Assembly: GCA_051313645.2 (NCBI GenBank)
Contig: JBNRSN020000056.1
Coordinates: 5,084,001 to 5,148,000, forward strand
DNA: 64,000 bases
Source: Centroscyllium fabricii
Lineage: Eukaryota
Direction: 5' to 3'
Shown here: piece by piece, positions 62,450 to 64,000 of the stretch
Position numbering within the stretch: position 1 is the stretch's first letter
Layout: each line of letters starts with the position of its first letter
Position numbers and translations under genes: made by a program
The notes under the pieces: model-generated
Seen by the model: only the letters and a program-made list of their open reading frames with translations
The model's database searches: none
Told to the model about the DNA's origin: nothing

Positions 62450-63033
62450 CAGGTTGGGCACCATTAATCCAGTACACGAAAAACCGGCAGCTTCAGAGGT
62501 CCGGCACAGAGGTCTGCATGTGCAGACAATTCAAAATGGCCGCAGTCGGGGCTGGGCTTCTCTTTCTCCTGACAGATACTCACTGGATCCCGGCTTAGTG
62601 ACCACCCCGATGCCGATGGTGAATCCCAGGCCCAGAAGATGAGCTGTTGTGCCAGCCGCTTTTCGCAGGACGCGGTACAGCCAAAACTCTCTGCCCGGCT
62701 CCGCCATCACTGCCGGAGGCTGCTGCGTTCTGACACCGCATTCCGAAGCTGGCGTGCGGTGGCGTCACGTGAGCCGGGCTTGAGCCGCGCATTGGGCCTC
62801 AGGCCCGCTCCCTGATCCGCCAGGAGCAGCAGAATCGAGCGCGTCCTGTGAGTTCCACCCGACCCTAGGGCCGAAAATTACCATCCAGGTGCCGGCAGCG
62901 CATGCGCAGAGCATTCAGAAATTTCCTGGCGGCCATTTTAAGTGCTCTGCGCATGCGCTGCCGAAGCTTCAATCATTCGGCGTTTTCAAAAATTGCTGGT
63001 CCCGACCCTGCCGGATTAACGGTGTCCAACCTG
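62450..63033. mobile_element. Tigger-like MITE, inverted relative of 54036-54660, ending 72 bp before exon 9
   Basis: TA-flanked TIRs; interior is the reverse complement of the 54036 copy. Confidence 0.88.
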
Positions 63034-63105
63034 TATAAATGCAAATTGTAGTTTGTACCTGTTTGTCATGTTGCTTTTCCCCTTCTCTCTCTCTCTCTCG
63101 CACAG

Positions 63106-63219
63106 TTGAAAGCCTTGGGATTCCCCGAAGGCCTAGTCATTCAGGCTTATTTTGCCTGTGAGAAGAATGAAAATCTGGCTGCAAACTTCTTGCTGCAGCA
63201 GAACTTTGATGACGAATGA
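63106..63219 (+). CDS. RAD23A: RAD23A-like exon 9 (UBA2, stop)
   Basis: (CT)n-cacag acceptor; [40 protein letters not shown]. Confidence 0.97.
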   Translation: MKALGFPEGLVIQAYFACEKNENLAANFLLQQNFDDE

Positions 63220-64000
63220 AGAACAGCAAAGAAGCTTTTATCAGTGCGTCTTCGACGTCCGATAATCTGCTCTCCCAGCGCGTAAACCAACTTTAATTGA
63301 TAGAAAAGCAGTCATTTGGCTCTGTCCGTGAATAATGAGGTAGAAATGACTATTAGAGACTGTACATTACAGTTTATGGGAGGGAGGGCGGTGGGTGGGG
63401 TCTAGAAACACAACTAATTTTAACTTGGAAGGCTGCAAATTGAAGAGGGTGGGGGAATTTCTCAATATCAAAGCAAAAGCAAAGTATAAATATAACTCGT
63501 TTACTGGGTTTAAAGAGATCTATTTGTTTTCACGTGATACAATTCAAAATGAAACCCCAAAAAGGGGGAGCAAGGCGGTGGAGGAGCAGTGTTCCCACTA
63601 AGCCGCGCGCAGCAATCTTGAAGGTACCGCGCAGTCCGCTCACAAGCTCTCCCAATACCGCGCACGCGGCAGCGCAAAAAAGAAAATGTAAAGATGCCGC
63701 AGGTTTGGGGGAGAAACTGGCCGCGTGCAGCAGCAAAATTTTAAGAGGCAACGTTGTGACGAAGGATCTGTACTGACCTGCCTGAACAGTAAGATCATTC
63801 CCCCCATACCTTTGTGAATCCCAGAGCACCAGTGCACTAACCGGGGCGGGGGCGGGTGGGGGGGTCCGCTTCTTAGCCGGTGAGTACAGGACAAATCGGT
63901 ACTTGACTGGACCTTGTTACTGATTTTCCTTCCACCCCTTAATTACAGGTCCGCAACCCCTTATCCGCAATTCCGAAATTCGAAAAGCTCTGGAGTTTTT

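Noticed and set aside
63220-64000. RAD23 poly(A) signal
   Set aside because: No canonical AATAAA seen after the stop codon; the 3' end cannot be placed within this window.

Overview
Vertebrate nuclear DNA, most likely from a cartilaginous fish (shark): it carries V-SINE/HE1-like, DeuSINE/SacSINE1-like and CR1/HER1-like repeats. One host gene spans nearly the whole window: a RAD23A-like UV excision repair/ubiquitin-shuttle gene on the + strand, with 9 coding exons from 2705 to 63219. All introns are GT-AG and phases are consistent, giving a 1140-nt CDS (379 aa; UBL-UBA1-XPC-binding-UBA2) behind a CpG-rich promoter. The introns are mostly nested transposons. These include a complete but decayed Gypsy LTR element (32568-41348, GTTTA TSD) whose 3' LTR is split by a near full-length CR1 LINE, about 13 TA-flanked Tigger/pogo-like MITEs with internal minisatellites, hAT-like MITEs, Penelope, RTE, Rex1/Babar and L2 fragments, a solo LTR and two 5S-derived SINEs. 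The most notable observations are a tRNA-independent (self-priming-type) PBS in the Gypsy element, minimal hammerhead ribozyme motifs, a 5S-head/Rex-tail SINE, MITEs that incubate YY1/NRF1-motif arrays and a higher-order satellite, a perfect 77-bp hairpin, and inverted repeats bracketing exons. Most ORF-track entries are repeat artefacts. Repeat boundaries were read by eye and are approximate unless a TIR or TSD is cited.
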